Source: Vulcanisaeta distributa DSM 14429
GTDB taxonomy: Archaea > Thermoproteota > Thermoprotei > Thermoproteales > Thermocladiaceae
Length of the DNA stretch: 32,000 nucleotides
Direction of reading: 5' to 3'
Assembly: GCF_000148385.1 (NCBI RefSeq)
Contig: NC_014537.1
Location: 750,001-782,000, forward strand
This document shows positions 7,165-15,124 of the stretch, piece after piece (position 1 is the first letter of the stretch; each line of letters opens with the position of its first letter). Below the pieces are notes generated by a model. That model made no database searches. It was not told the DNA's origin and saw nothing but the letters and a program-made list of their open reading frames with translations. The position numbers and the translations under genes are program-made.

Positions 7165-7185
7165 GGGCATTACTGAATCCCCCGG
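7165..7185 (+). repeat. possible further-decayed att-like copy (gggcatta-c-tgaatcc-cccgg)
   Basis: Shares gggcatta, then tgaatcc, then cccgg, in the same order as 8596-8638 (gggcatta...tgaatccgggcccgg). It lies 20 nt from the stop of the PIN-like gene. The match is short and gapped, so weak. Confidence 0.3.
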
Positions 7186-7205
7186 TGTGGAGGGTTATGT
7201 TTATG

Positions 7206-7871
7206 TTACTTATTGTCTCTAGGGCCTATATTCGTTAGTTGTTCCTTGAATTCCCTGTAATTTAGGGTGATTATTTTATTTGCGCAGGGGCATTTATTGC
7301 ATGCTAGATGCCCTTCAACGAAGTCCCTGAGGTTTTTGTCCTCTGTAATGAAGATCAATTTACCGCTTGTTATACCGGGGCCTTTCCTTCTTGGTACTGT
7401 GGCCAATAAGTCGTAGGCGTAAAGTAATGAGTTTACTATATCTATGTCCTCACTTGGGATTTTACTTAATAATTGGTCCATGATCTCGTTCTTCCAGCAA
7501 ACTCTTCTTTTAGGTCTATACCTTAGGGCCTCCCTCTGTATTTTTAATGATTCGTCGTCCTCGATTATCCTTATGTATCCTTTGCTTACCATATCATTTA
7601 ATTGATTAATACAGTATTGTTCCATTACGTTAACCTCAACATTATGCCATCCATGCTTCGCCCTATCAACGTTACTTAATAGATTGTGCAGGGCCACGTT
7701 TTTGAGCTCACGTATTATGGCACTATCAGTGTAAATAACTAAAGTTCTATTCTCCAGTAAATCCAGGATCTTTATTTTTGGTTTGTTTAACTTACGGTGT
7801 AGGGTCATTGTGTATATTATTTTAACGAGTACATTAGTATCAACAAAAATATGAAATGCCTCAAATACCAT
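7206..7871 (-). CDS. PIN-like domain protein with large insertion and C-terminal Cys cluster (putative toxin/nuclease)
   Basis: N-terminal IFVDTNVLV (D11). Candidate acidic residues are E55 (IRELKN), D142/D144 (EDIDIV) and D178 in LIFITEDKNLRDF, matching the D-E-D-D order of PIN domains. There is an insert of about 85 aa between E and the third D. C-terminal HLACNKCPCANK. Starts 11 nt after the upstream gene. Confidence 0.5.
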   Translation of the reverse strand: MVFEAFHIFVDTNVLVKIIYTMTLHRKLNKPKIKILDLLENRTLVIYTDSAIIRELKNVALHNLLSNVDRAKHGWHNVEVNVMEQYCINQLNDMVSKGYIRIIEDDESLKIQREALRYRPKRRVCWKNEIMDQLLSKIPSEDIDIVNSLLYAYDLLATVPRRKGPGITSGKLIFITEDKNLRDFVEGHLACNKCPCANKIITLNYREFKEQLTNIGPRDNK

Positions 7872-7882
7872 GGATTATCCAC

Positions 7883-8473
7883 CTACTTAAATAGGTCCGG
7901 GTAAAGCTCCTCCTCATTGACTGACTCCCTGCTCTCAAGAATTTCTTTGAGTTTTTTGGCAGCGTCTATGTATGTGTCTAGGCTCATGTTGAACGCCAGC
8001 GCCTTAATGACTTCGCTTTTTATGCCGAGTACCTCAAGTGAATGAGCTACTATATCGCCTTCCCTTAACCTGCCATAGATGTCGATGATCCTCATTGCGT
8101 AATCCGCTAGGTCTTTCAGTCCCCTTTTCTCAAGGGCCCTGTAGGAATCTTCGAAATCCTTATTTATGTCTTTAACGTAATAACTATCGCCAGTCTTCAC
8201 TATGTCATACTTGCTCATTTCAGACTCACCACCGAGTAACCTATCAATTGGTATGAATGGTCCCTTTAGGTATATCCTGAATTCCTCAGGCAACCTAGCC
8301 CTTGGTGAATCAAGGAGTTTTGTACCATCGGCATCCGTGTACAGGATAAGGAATAGTAGTTTAACAAGCACCTCTGTGCTGATACCTCTACCGTACTTCC
8401 TGATGTAGTATGCAATAACAAGCCTAACCAGGTCAATGGCTGGTTCCCGCAATAATTCCTTAACAAGACTCAT
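7883..8473 (-). CDS. Panacea / DUF4065 (SocA/GepA-like) domain protein (putative antitoxin)
   Basis: IDLVRLVIAYYIRKYGRGISTEVLVKLLFLILYTD ... FRIYLKGPFIP resembles the DUF4065 pattern (a..yil...g.it..kLqKLlY.a ... f.aw.yGPv). Lies immediately upstream of, and is probably co-transcribed with, the PIN-like gene. Confidence 0.5.
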   Translation of the reverse strand: MSLVKELLREPAIDLVRLVIAYYIRKYGRGISTEVLVKLLFLILYTDADGTKLLDSPRARLPEEFRIYLKGPFIPIDRLLGGESEMSKYDIVKTGDSYYVKDINKDFEDSYRALEKRGLKDLADYAMRIIDIYGRLREGDIVAHSLEVLGIKSEVIKALAFNMSLDTYIDAAKKLKEILESRESVNEEELYPDLFK

Positions 8474-8610
8474 AACTAATAGTTATTTCTAAGGTAAGTT
8501 TTTTAACCCTGACCCCGTGACTGCCATCATTAATAAATGAAGAAGCAGGTACATTATTTTAATTGATTATGCGGCATGGGCCCTGATTAGTTAATGGGCA
8601 TTAAGAACTT

Positions 8611-8644
8611 CGTTGGTTCAATTTGAATCCGGGCCCGGTTACTA
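8611..8644 (+). repeat. degenerate direct copy of the 3' half of tRNA-Gln (att-like remnant)
   Basis: cgttggttcaatttgaatccgggcccggttacta. The last 21 nt match the tRNA 3' end cgaatccgggcccggctacca at 18/21, including the exact 14-mer gaatccgggcccgg. All 3 mismatches are C to T in this copy. The leading cgttg matches tRNA 6876-6880. Confidence 0.75.
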
Positions 8645-8941
8645 ATGTCGAGTAATTCTCGATTATCACGTTGTTGGTTTGTGTAGGGTTTTGGTTATCT
8701 CTTGGTTTATGTTCATGGAAAATAAATGTTGAGAAGTGAATAGCAGGTTTGATGAAGGATTGCGTTGTTTAGCGTAGGGTTGGATGTTAGTGTGGGTATT
8801 GGATAAGTATGAATTGTTGTTAAACATTATTTAAATGTAAAATCTAAAATATTCTAATTAATGCATGAAATAGTTAGGTATGTATTCTTATAAGAGTCAT
8901 ATAGGAAAATCTTTTAAATACATATATAATAGGTTAGTAGT

Positions 8942-10291
8942 ATGGTTAGGGTTCAGTGGTCCCCTGAACACTATAAATGGCCGCCTAGGTCAGGGAGTGC
9001 CATTGCATCTCAGTTCGTTGGCTTCTTCCTGGATGCGTATGACTTGACCTTTGTTACGGCAATGACCACAATACTGGCAGCCGTGCTAATGCCCCCAACC
9101 CTGTCTAAGTCCGTCGTTGGTTACTTCCTGACATTGCTTGGTTACGCATTTACAATGATTGCAAGGCCGGTGGGTAGTGCATTATTTGGTAATTTTGCCG
9201 ATAGGATTGGTAGGAGGGATACTTTAATGATTACAATACTTGGCTATGGGATAATGAGTGCCGTTACCGCGGCGATACCGACCTACGCCCAGGTTGGTTG
9301 GGCAGCCTTTTGGATATATGCCGTGATTAGGTTCATACTTGGTATATTCGTTGGTGGTGAGTACGCGGCTGGCCACCCATTTGCCATGGAGTACTCGGCG
9401 CCTAGGTGGAGGGGTCTAGTCAGCGGTATTGTTCAGGGAGGCTTCTCCTGGGGGGTTGCCTTGGGTGGTTTCGTGGTCTCAGCGTTTACGGCGATGTTTG
9501 GTGTTAAGGCCATGTATGCCTACGCGTGGCGTTACGTATTCTTAACCGGCCTCATACCTGCCGTGGTGGCTTTCATAATAAGGTTTACAATGCCTGACAC
9601 GCCCATATTCCAGGAGGTTAAGGAGAAGGGTCAGCTCGAGAGGATACCGTTCTTCAGTATCTTTAAGCCTCCGGCCCTATGGACTTTCCTACAGGTCTTG
9701 GTGTTTATGACGGGTCTCTTCTTTAGTTCATACTCAATGTTTGACTTCGCGGTTGGTATTTACACAAGGGCTGGCTTGCCTGAGGGGTTAGCTAGCTTCT
9801 ACTATGGCATCATGGGTGTCTTTGCTGCCATAGCAGCGACGTTGTGGGGACTCGCCAGTGATTTCATCGGTAGGAAGCGTGCATTAATCATATCGGCGGT
9901 GGTCTCGGCAGTGTTGGCGGTACCTGCCTATTACGTGGTTTATTACAGCGCCGTTGTTAGGAGTGTGCCATTACTTGTCCTTGGCGCCCTCCTAATGGGT
10001 TGGCTGTCGCAGTGGCCCTGGGGCCTGGTCCCTGTTTACTTATCAGAGCGCTTCGCAACGCAGAGGAGGGGTTCCGGTGTCGGTTTTGGTTATAGCTCGG
10101 GAATATTCATTAGCGCCTGGATGCCTCTATATTCAATACCGCTTTATGGCGTCTTCGCGGCTATTGAGGGTACTAACATATGGTTCACGGCAGCCTTCTG
10201 GCTCATTCTCGCCGGTGTTGTTTATGGTATTGCAGCTGCGATAGGGCCTGAGACAATAGGCATCGATCTAAGGATTGTTAGGGAGAGGTAA
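8942..10291 (+). CDS. MFS transporter (metabolite:H+ symporter-like)
   Basis: 449 aa with about 12 hydrophobic helices. MFS loop signature GNFADRIGRRDTLMITI and a second DFIGRKRALIIS. Confidence 0.8.
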   Translation: MVRVQWSPEHYKWPPRSGSAIASQFVGFFLDAYDLTFVTAMTTILAAVLMPPTLSKSVVGYFLTLLGYAFTMIARPVGSALFGNFADRIGRRDTLMITILGYGIMSAVTAAIPTYAQVGWAAFWIYAVIRFILGIFVGGEYAAGHPFAMEYSAPRWRGLVSGIVQGGFSWGVALGGFVVSAFTAMFGVKAMYAYAWRYVFLTGLIPAVVAFIIRFTMPDTPIFQEVKEKGQLERIPFFSIFKPPALWTFLQVLVFMTGLFFSSYSMFDFAVGIYTRAGLPEGLASFYYGIMGVFAAIAATLWGLASDFIGRKRALIISAVVSAVLAVPAYYVVYYSAVVRSVPLLVLGALLMGWLSQWPWGLVPVYLSERFATQRRGSGVGFGYSSGIFISAWMPLYSIPLYGVFAAIEGTNIWFTAAFWLILAGVVYGIAAAIGPETIGIDLRIVRER

Positions 10292-10336
10292 TGGCCCCTT
10301 AACCTAATGCTTATACTTAAATCCTCAGTTTCTCTT

Positions 10337-10936
10337 TTACTTATCCCTTAGGTTGCCGTACCTTAAACCCATCGTGAATGCCTTTATGTTTCTATCCACA
10401 TCCCTCCTAATATTAGCCTTTATTGACTCTTCAACTATATTTTGCGGTATGTACTGGTTTAACCCCATTATTGAGTAAAGCGCACCGAGTATCACCATGT
10501 TTTCATAAATCACGTTACCTAATTTAATGGCATCATCGTAGGCATTCACTATGTAAATCCTCCTAATGCTACTCCTCAAGGCATTCTCCAATTCATTAAT
10601 ACTTGGTATCCTCTGTTTTGTGGCTGGTGGCCTTATTAACCTCCTATTAACTATGAATACCGTGCCCTCATTGGCGTAGCCAATGGCCCTAAATGCCTCA
10701 AGTATTTCGAAGGCTACGACAACATCAGCGCCACCCCTGGGTATTAATGGCGCATCGACGTCTCCAATCCTGACATGAACATCGATAGAGCCACCCCTCT
10801 GGCTTAATCCATGGGTCTCTGCAACCAAGGCCTTATAGCCAGCCCTTATGGCTGCATCGCCGAGTACTGTGGCGAATGTGACAAGTCCCTGACCACCGAC
10901 ACCGGCTAAGTATATATTGAGTCTCATGATCGTCAC
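10337..10936 (-). CDS. iorB: indolepyruvate:ferredoxin oxidoreductase subunit beta (IorB; 2-oxoacid oxidoreductase gamma-type domain)
   Basis: LNIYLAGVGGQGLVTFATVLG motif of the gamma/IorB family. 199 aa, starting 3 nt downstream of the iorA stop. Confidence 0.8.
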   Translation of the reverse strand: MTIMRLNIYLAGVGGQGLVTFATVLGDAAIRAGYKALVAETHGLSQRGGSIDVHVRIGDVDAPLIPRGGADVVVAFEILEAFRAIGYANEGTVFIVNRRLIRPPATKQRIPSINELENALRSSIRRIYIVNAYDDAIKLGNVIYENMVILGALYSIMGLNQYIPQNIVEESIKANIRRDVDRNIKAFTMGLRYGNLRDK

Positions 10937-10939
10937 CCC

Positions 10940-12796
10940 CTACATCTCAGCCCACTTCTTTAGCCAGTCCTTAACATTGCCCTCTGGCTTAATTGCATTG
11001 TATGGGCATACCTGGGCGCAGACGGAGCAGCCGACGCACATGTTCGGGTCTATCCAAGCCTTCCTATTCTCAAGGGGCACTATTGCTGGGCATGCGATTA
11101 GGTTATAGCATATTCCACAGGCCTTGCAAGCGTCTAGGTCAACGTAGTAACGCGTCACGTAGCCCCTAAATAACCTCACAGCCTCCAATGCGCAGCCCCT
11201 CTTCATGATCACGACTGCAACACCACCCCTCTTAACTACGTTCACCGCCTCTATCATGACTTCCTGGGCGTTCTTTACGTCGAATGGGTCTATCGTCCTT
11301 ACGTAATCAACACCCACAGCCCTAGCTACATCCTCTATGCTAATCATGCCTGTGGGGTTTGGCTGGCCGCCGGTCATTGCCGTAACCCTGTTATCAAGAA
11401 TCAATATTAGCATTGGCGTCTTATTATAGACGGCATTAACTAGTGCAGGTAGGCCTGCGTGGAAGAATGTTGAGTCCCCAATTATTGATATTACCATTGT
11501 CCTGCCATTGGTGCCGTGGTAAATACCCATGCCCAGGCCTAGGGAACTGCCCATGTCGGTAAGTAGGTCCTGCTCATTAAATGGGTTGTTAATACCGAGG
11601 CTGTAACACCCAATGTCCCCACTAAATACGGGCTTAACGCTGGATTTAGCCGTGGCGACCTTTAACTCGTAGAATGAGGCAGCATGTGGACAACCTGGGC
11701 AGAAGACTGGTGGTCTTGGTGGTGGTGTGTAGTCGACCTTAACCGCATTTAATGATGTGAGTGGGTTTACGATATTGAGAGCCTTTGATAAACCATCCAT
11801 TACGGAATTAATGGTTAATTCACCAACCCTATTGAAGATGTTCTCCGCCTTACCAAGCACCGGCACCCTGACACCCTCGTCATAGAGCAGGGCCTTTAAT
11901 TGATACTCAATCACTGGGTCGCCCTCCTCAATGACAACCACCTTATCAGCCCTGGTAACGGCATCCATAATAACCTTCCTCGGTAACGGTACTGGAGTCG
12001 CAACATTAAGTATGCTGGCTTTAACGCCGTAGCCCTTAACGGCCTCTAACGCGTATGTAAAGGCTACGCCACTGGTTATTATGAGGTTTTTATTTCCATC
12101 AATGTAAGTATGAGGCAGCTCCTCAACACCCTTATTAATGCTGTCCCACCTCCTTAGTAAATCCTCCTTAAGCACCCGTGCATTGGCAGGTACTAACGCA
12201 TGTCTCCTTGGGTCCTTAACATACTCCCTTGAGTACCTGGGAGCTCCTGGCGAGCATATAGTTACGGGTCCTCTAACATGGGATACCCTGGTGACAGTCC
12301 TTATCATTACTGGATGCCCATACTTCTCACTAAACTCGATCGCCAATTTCGTGAAGTCCTTGGCGCTCTGTGGGTCATAAGGCTCGAGAACCGGAATATA
12401 GGCATGAAGTCCAACCCACCTATTATCCTGCTCATTCTGGCTGCTCCACATGTTTGGGTCATCTGCCGTGACAATTACGAAACCACCCCTAACGCCTGTG
12501 TAGGCGCTTGACATTAGTGGGTCCATCGCCACGTTAAGTCCCACATGCTTCATGGTGACCATAGACCTAGCCCCAGCGAGGGCTGCTCCATAGGCCACTT
12601 CAAAGGCAACCTTCTCATTACTGCTCCACTCGGCATAAACCCCGAACTCCTTACCATAATCAATGAGGTACTCAATGATTTCGCTCGATGGCGTACCTGG
12701 GTAACCAGCGGCAACGGCTACTCCAGCCTCTAATGCTCCATGGGCAATCGCATGATTACCAAGCATTAACTTAACCGCACAGTTGCTCATTGGCAT
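10940..12796 (-). CDS. iorA: indolepyruvate:ferredoxin oxidoreductase subunit alpha (IorA)
   Basis: 618 aa. N-terminal AAGYPGTPSSEI, a TPP-binding region GDSTFFHAG...NAVYN, and two C-terminal 4Fe-4S ferredoxin motifs (CKACGICYNLIACP, CVGCSVCAQVCP). Confidence 0.85.
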   Translation of the reverse strand: MPMSNCAVKLMLGNHAIAHGALEAGVAVAAGYPGTPSSEIIEYLIDYGKEFGVYAEWSSNEKVAFEVAYGAALAGARSMVTMKHVGLNVAMDPLMSSAYTGVRGGFVIVTADDPNMWSSQNEQDNRWVGLHAYIPVLEPYDPQSAKDFTKLAIEFSEKYGHPVMIRTVTRVSHVRGPVTICSPGAPRYSREYVKDPRRHALVPANARVLKEDLLRRWDSINKGVEELPHTYIDGNKNLIITSGVAFTYALEAVKGYGVKASILNVATPVPLPRKVIMDAVTRADKVVVIEEGDPVIEYQLKALLYDEGVRVPVLGKAENIFNRVGELTINSVMDGLSKALNIVNPLTSLNAVKVDYTPPPRPPVFCPGCPHAASFYELKVATAKSSVKPVFSGDIGCYSLGINNPFNEQDLLTDMGSSLGLGMGIYHGTNGRTMVISIIGDSTFFHAGLPALVNAVYNKTPMLILILDNRVTAMTGGQPNPTGMISIEDVARAVGVDYVRTIDPFDVKNAQEVMIEAVNVVKRGGVAVVIMKRGCALEAVRLFRGYVTRYYVDLDACKACGICYNLIACPAIVPLENRKAWIDPNMCVGCSVCAQVCPYNAIKPEGNVKDWLKKWAEM

Positions 12797-12946
12797 TACC
12801 TAGGCATATGTAATTTAAAGCCTTTCTCCTAGAACTTGATAAATTAATTAGTGATATATTTAATTTAGTATGAATATATAGTTTATATTCAGGCTAGAAT
12901 GGTTTCGTCACACATCGGTATGTCTAGGGTTCATCACGGGTGTTTT

Positions 12947-12961
12947 ACTAGTAATACTAGT
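12947..12961. promoter_or_regulatory. 15-bp palindrome ACTAGTA-a-TACTAGT in the ior / surface-protein divergent intergenic region
   Basis: Perfect 7-nt arms with a 1-nt spacer, read directly from the sequence. Candidate transcription-factor operator. Confidence 0.35.
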
Positions 12962-13070
12962 TTATATATTTAATGCATTCAAGCATGAATCGCGCGTTTC
13001 TAGGTATTACTTTAGTTATTTTAATTGCTTATTTAATATTACCTGGTTCATAGTCGATTTCGTGAACAAT

Positions 13071-15074
13071 ATGAGGAGGAACTTGGCAATACTCCTGGCT
13101 GTACTGGCAATAACAATCTCAGTGGTGGCGCTGGCAGCCCAGTATCAGGTATCGCCAAATGTGAATTCACCATCAACGATAAATCAACCGTACTATGCGG
13201 TGCTTGAGTATATTGATTATATAAATACTACAAGGGCTGTGACCATCGCGCCTGGTCAGTCAATTACGATACAGGCACCATTACCTCCTGGGCCTGGTTA
13301 TGTACTTGATTACATAGAGGTGAGTGTTAATCCACCATCGCCAGCCATATTAATTAGTGGCAATAATGTGATGTATAGTAAGAATGAGGTTGGTGCAGTA
13401 GTCCATGCATACACAACAAGCAATAGCCTATCCATAGCCAACTCAGGTAATCAGCCCCTGAATGAGACTATATCTGTGACTTACGTATTTGTTAATGAGG
13501 AGTATGTTCCGCTCAATACCTCGGCATCATCATTCACATTAAGCATATCCATACCAGATAGCACAATTCAGTATGTGACGCAGCAAGTGGTCGAGCTATC
13601 AATACCGAACTATATGCCCTTCGAAATAGCTGGTGTGGCATTACCCAATGGAACAACGCTATCACAGTTAGTCTCTGCCTGGAGTCCACTGGCTAATTAC
13701 ATAAAGGTTGAGCCGAAATACGTGGAGTTAATGGCTAATGAATTACCACCTGGTCAGTACCAGGTAACGATTAATTACGGTAGTGAGTACGTAATGCCGA
13801 GCGCAATGTTGATTAAGGGTACGGAGTTCCTAAACTACACCGTTAACCCAGGCCAGACCCTGGAGATAACTGGTTCGGAGTTCGGAGTTCCACCTGGCTG
13901 GAACCTACTGGGCTACATAGTCGCTGTTTACACGGTGCAGCCACTCGTTGTTGGTGAGAAGCCAGGTCACTTTGAGGTAATTGCTAACATGGTGTCTCCA
14001 GCTTACCTATACAGTGATTTAATACAGGTCAGTGGTATCAGCTACTTACTGCCGCCGTTCATAAGGTTTGCACCAATGATAGGGATTTACATAGTGTATG
14101 ATAGGTACTTCGAGATTGTCGATAACCTAAATGTGCCGCTTGTTGTGACCTTCATGCCGATAATATATAAGCCAATTGGGCAGTGGGTTAATGGTAACCT
14201 GGAGGCCACCGTGAGCGATGCCGACGTCTCTGGCGGCCTATGGACCGCGTTGGTTGTTCAGCTCCCCGAGATAGCCCACATATACAAGATAGTCACGCCA
14301 AGCGGTACCGTGTACACGGGCCTTGTGAACTCGGAAATACCGTGGGGCTCAGCCGAGAGATTGGTCTCAATAAGTCCTGATGGTTCTCAGGCATACATAG
14401 CAGTTTCAACACTAGGTGTTAGTGAGACCGGCATATACACAGTTTACGTCAATTGGACGCCAATAACAATGCACTTCACAAATACACTGAATGCACCAAT
14501 AAGTGGCGTTAGGGTCGAGGCCTATATAAATGGATCGCTCATCGCAAGTAGTGTTAGTGATGCGAACGGCAATGCCTACATAAGCATTAAGGAACCTGCC
14601 CCATTCACGGCAATCGTGTATTATGATAACGTACCCATCTATTACGTTAATGTGAACTCACTAATTAATCAACCAATAGGCGTGACAATAGGCCTGTACA
14701 ACGTGACAGTGCTGTTTGTTGGTGCGAGAAACCAGGCAATATCCAATGCCAAGATAACGCTGTATAGGATTGGCACTGGTCCAATATATAATGGAACAAC
14801 CGGCAGCACGGGCACAACGGGTTTCGTTAACGTCCTTGGTGGGACATACCTAGTCACTGCCCAGTATGGTAATTTAAAGTACAGTGAGTTGGTGACGATA
14901 AATGGCAATGACGTAATAACTATTAAGTCGGACATACTGGCCATAATTGATGGATTCCCAATAACCACGATAGAGGCCTTAATAGGTACGCTAGGGCTTG
15001 GTGGTGCTGCTGCCATAGCCTTCGCCTTCGCTGGTAGGAAGGGTAGTAAAGATTACGAGGTTGTAGCAATGTAA
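13071..15074 (+). CDS. large secreted/cell-surface protein (S-layer-associated or glycoprotein-like) with C-terminal membrane anchor
   Basis: N-terminal signal/TM (MRRNLAILLAVLAITISVVALAAQ; track start GTG 13062). Many N-x-S/T sequons. Two carboxypeptidase-regulatory-like beta-sandwich repeats (VRVEAYINGSLIASSVSDANGNAYISI; AKITLYRIGTG...GFVNVLGGTYLVTAQYG). C-terminal hydrophobic helix plus a basic tail (LGLGGAAAIAFAFAGRKGSK). Confidence 0.6.
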   Translation: MRRNLAILLAVLAITISVVALAAQYQVSPNVNSPSTINQPYYAVLEYIDYINTTRAVTIAPGQSITIQAPLPPGPGYVLDYIEVSVNPPSPAILISGNNVMYSKNEVGAVVHAYTTSNSLSIANSGNQPLNETISVTYVFVNEEYVPLNTSASSFTLSISIPDSTIQYVTQQVVELSIPNYMPFEIAGVALPNGTTLSQLVSAWSPLANYIKVEPKYVELMANELPPGQYQVTINYGSEYVMPSAMLIKGTEFLNYTVNPGQTLEITGSEFGVPPGWNLLGYIVAVYTVQPLVVGEKPGHFEVIANMVSPAYLYSDLIQVSGISYLLPPFIRFAPMIGIYIVYDRYFEIVDNLNVPLVVTFMPIIYKPIGQWVNGNLEATVSDADVSGGLWTALVVQLPEIAHIYKIVTPSGTVYTGLVNSEIPWGSAERLVSISPDGSQAYIAVSTLGVSETGIYTVYVNWTPITMHFTNTLNAPISGVRVEAYINGSLIASSVSDANGNAYISIKEPAPFTAIVYYDNVPIYYVNVNSLINQPIGVTIGLYNVTVLFVGARNQAISNAKITLYRIGTGPIYNGTTGSTGTTGFVNVLGGTYLVTAQYGNLKYSELVTINGNDVITIKSDILAIIDGFPITTIEALIGTLGLGGAAAIAFAFAGRKGSKDYEVVAM

Positions 15075-15124
15075 GTCCCGTTTTAAATTGTAAAAGTTAA
15101 AAATTTCAATTTCTTTCAAATAAT

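Larger units (their letters stand above)
6911..8644 (+). mobile_element. putative decayed integrated element / genomic islet inserted at the tRNA-Gln 3' end (no integrase)
   Basis: Bounded by the intact tRNA-Gln 3' end and a degenerate direct copy of it at 8611-8644. The interior has lower G+C and carries only a two-gene TA-like cassette plus non-coding G/T-rich DNA. Confidence 0.45.

Noticed and set aside
7099-7176. Possible C/D box sRNA (agatgatt … ctga)
   Set aside because: The C box is not the canonical RUGAUGA. There are no C'/D' boxes, and the 75-nt spacing is longer than typical archaeal C/D sRNAs.
6990-8712. Shared 11-mers ggttttggtta (6990-7000 / 8687-8697) and ttggtttatgt (7013-7023 / 8702-8712) downstream of tRNA-Gln and of its partial copy, suggesting the repeat extends beyond the tRNA
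   Set aside because: The sequence context is G/T-only, so 11-mer matches are expected by chance. The spacing also differs (23 vs 15 nt). They are not used as evidence for the att repeat.
10917-12733. Plus-strand track ORFs inside iorA/iorB (10917..11108, 12138..12380, 12278..12511, 12545..12733)
   Set aside because: They are antisense to strongly supported iorAB coding sequence, with no motifs. The same reasoning applies to the antisense ORFs within moeA, ABCE1, trmI, psmA, the radical SAM gene, the surface protein gene and the 498-aa ORF.
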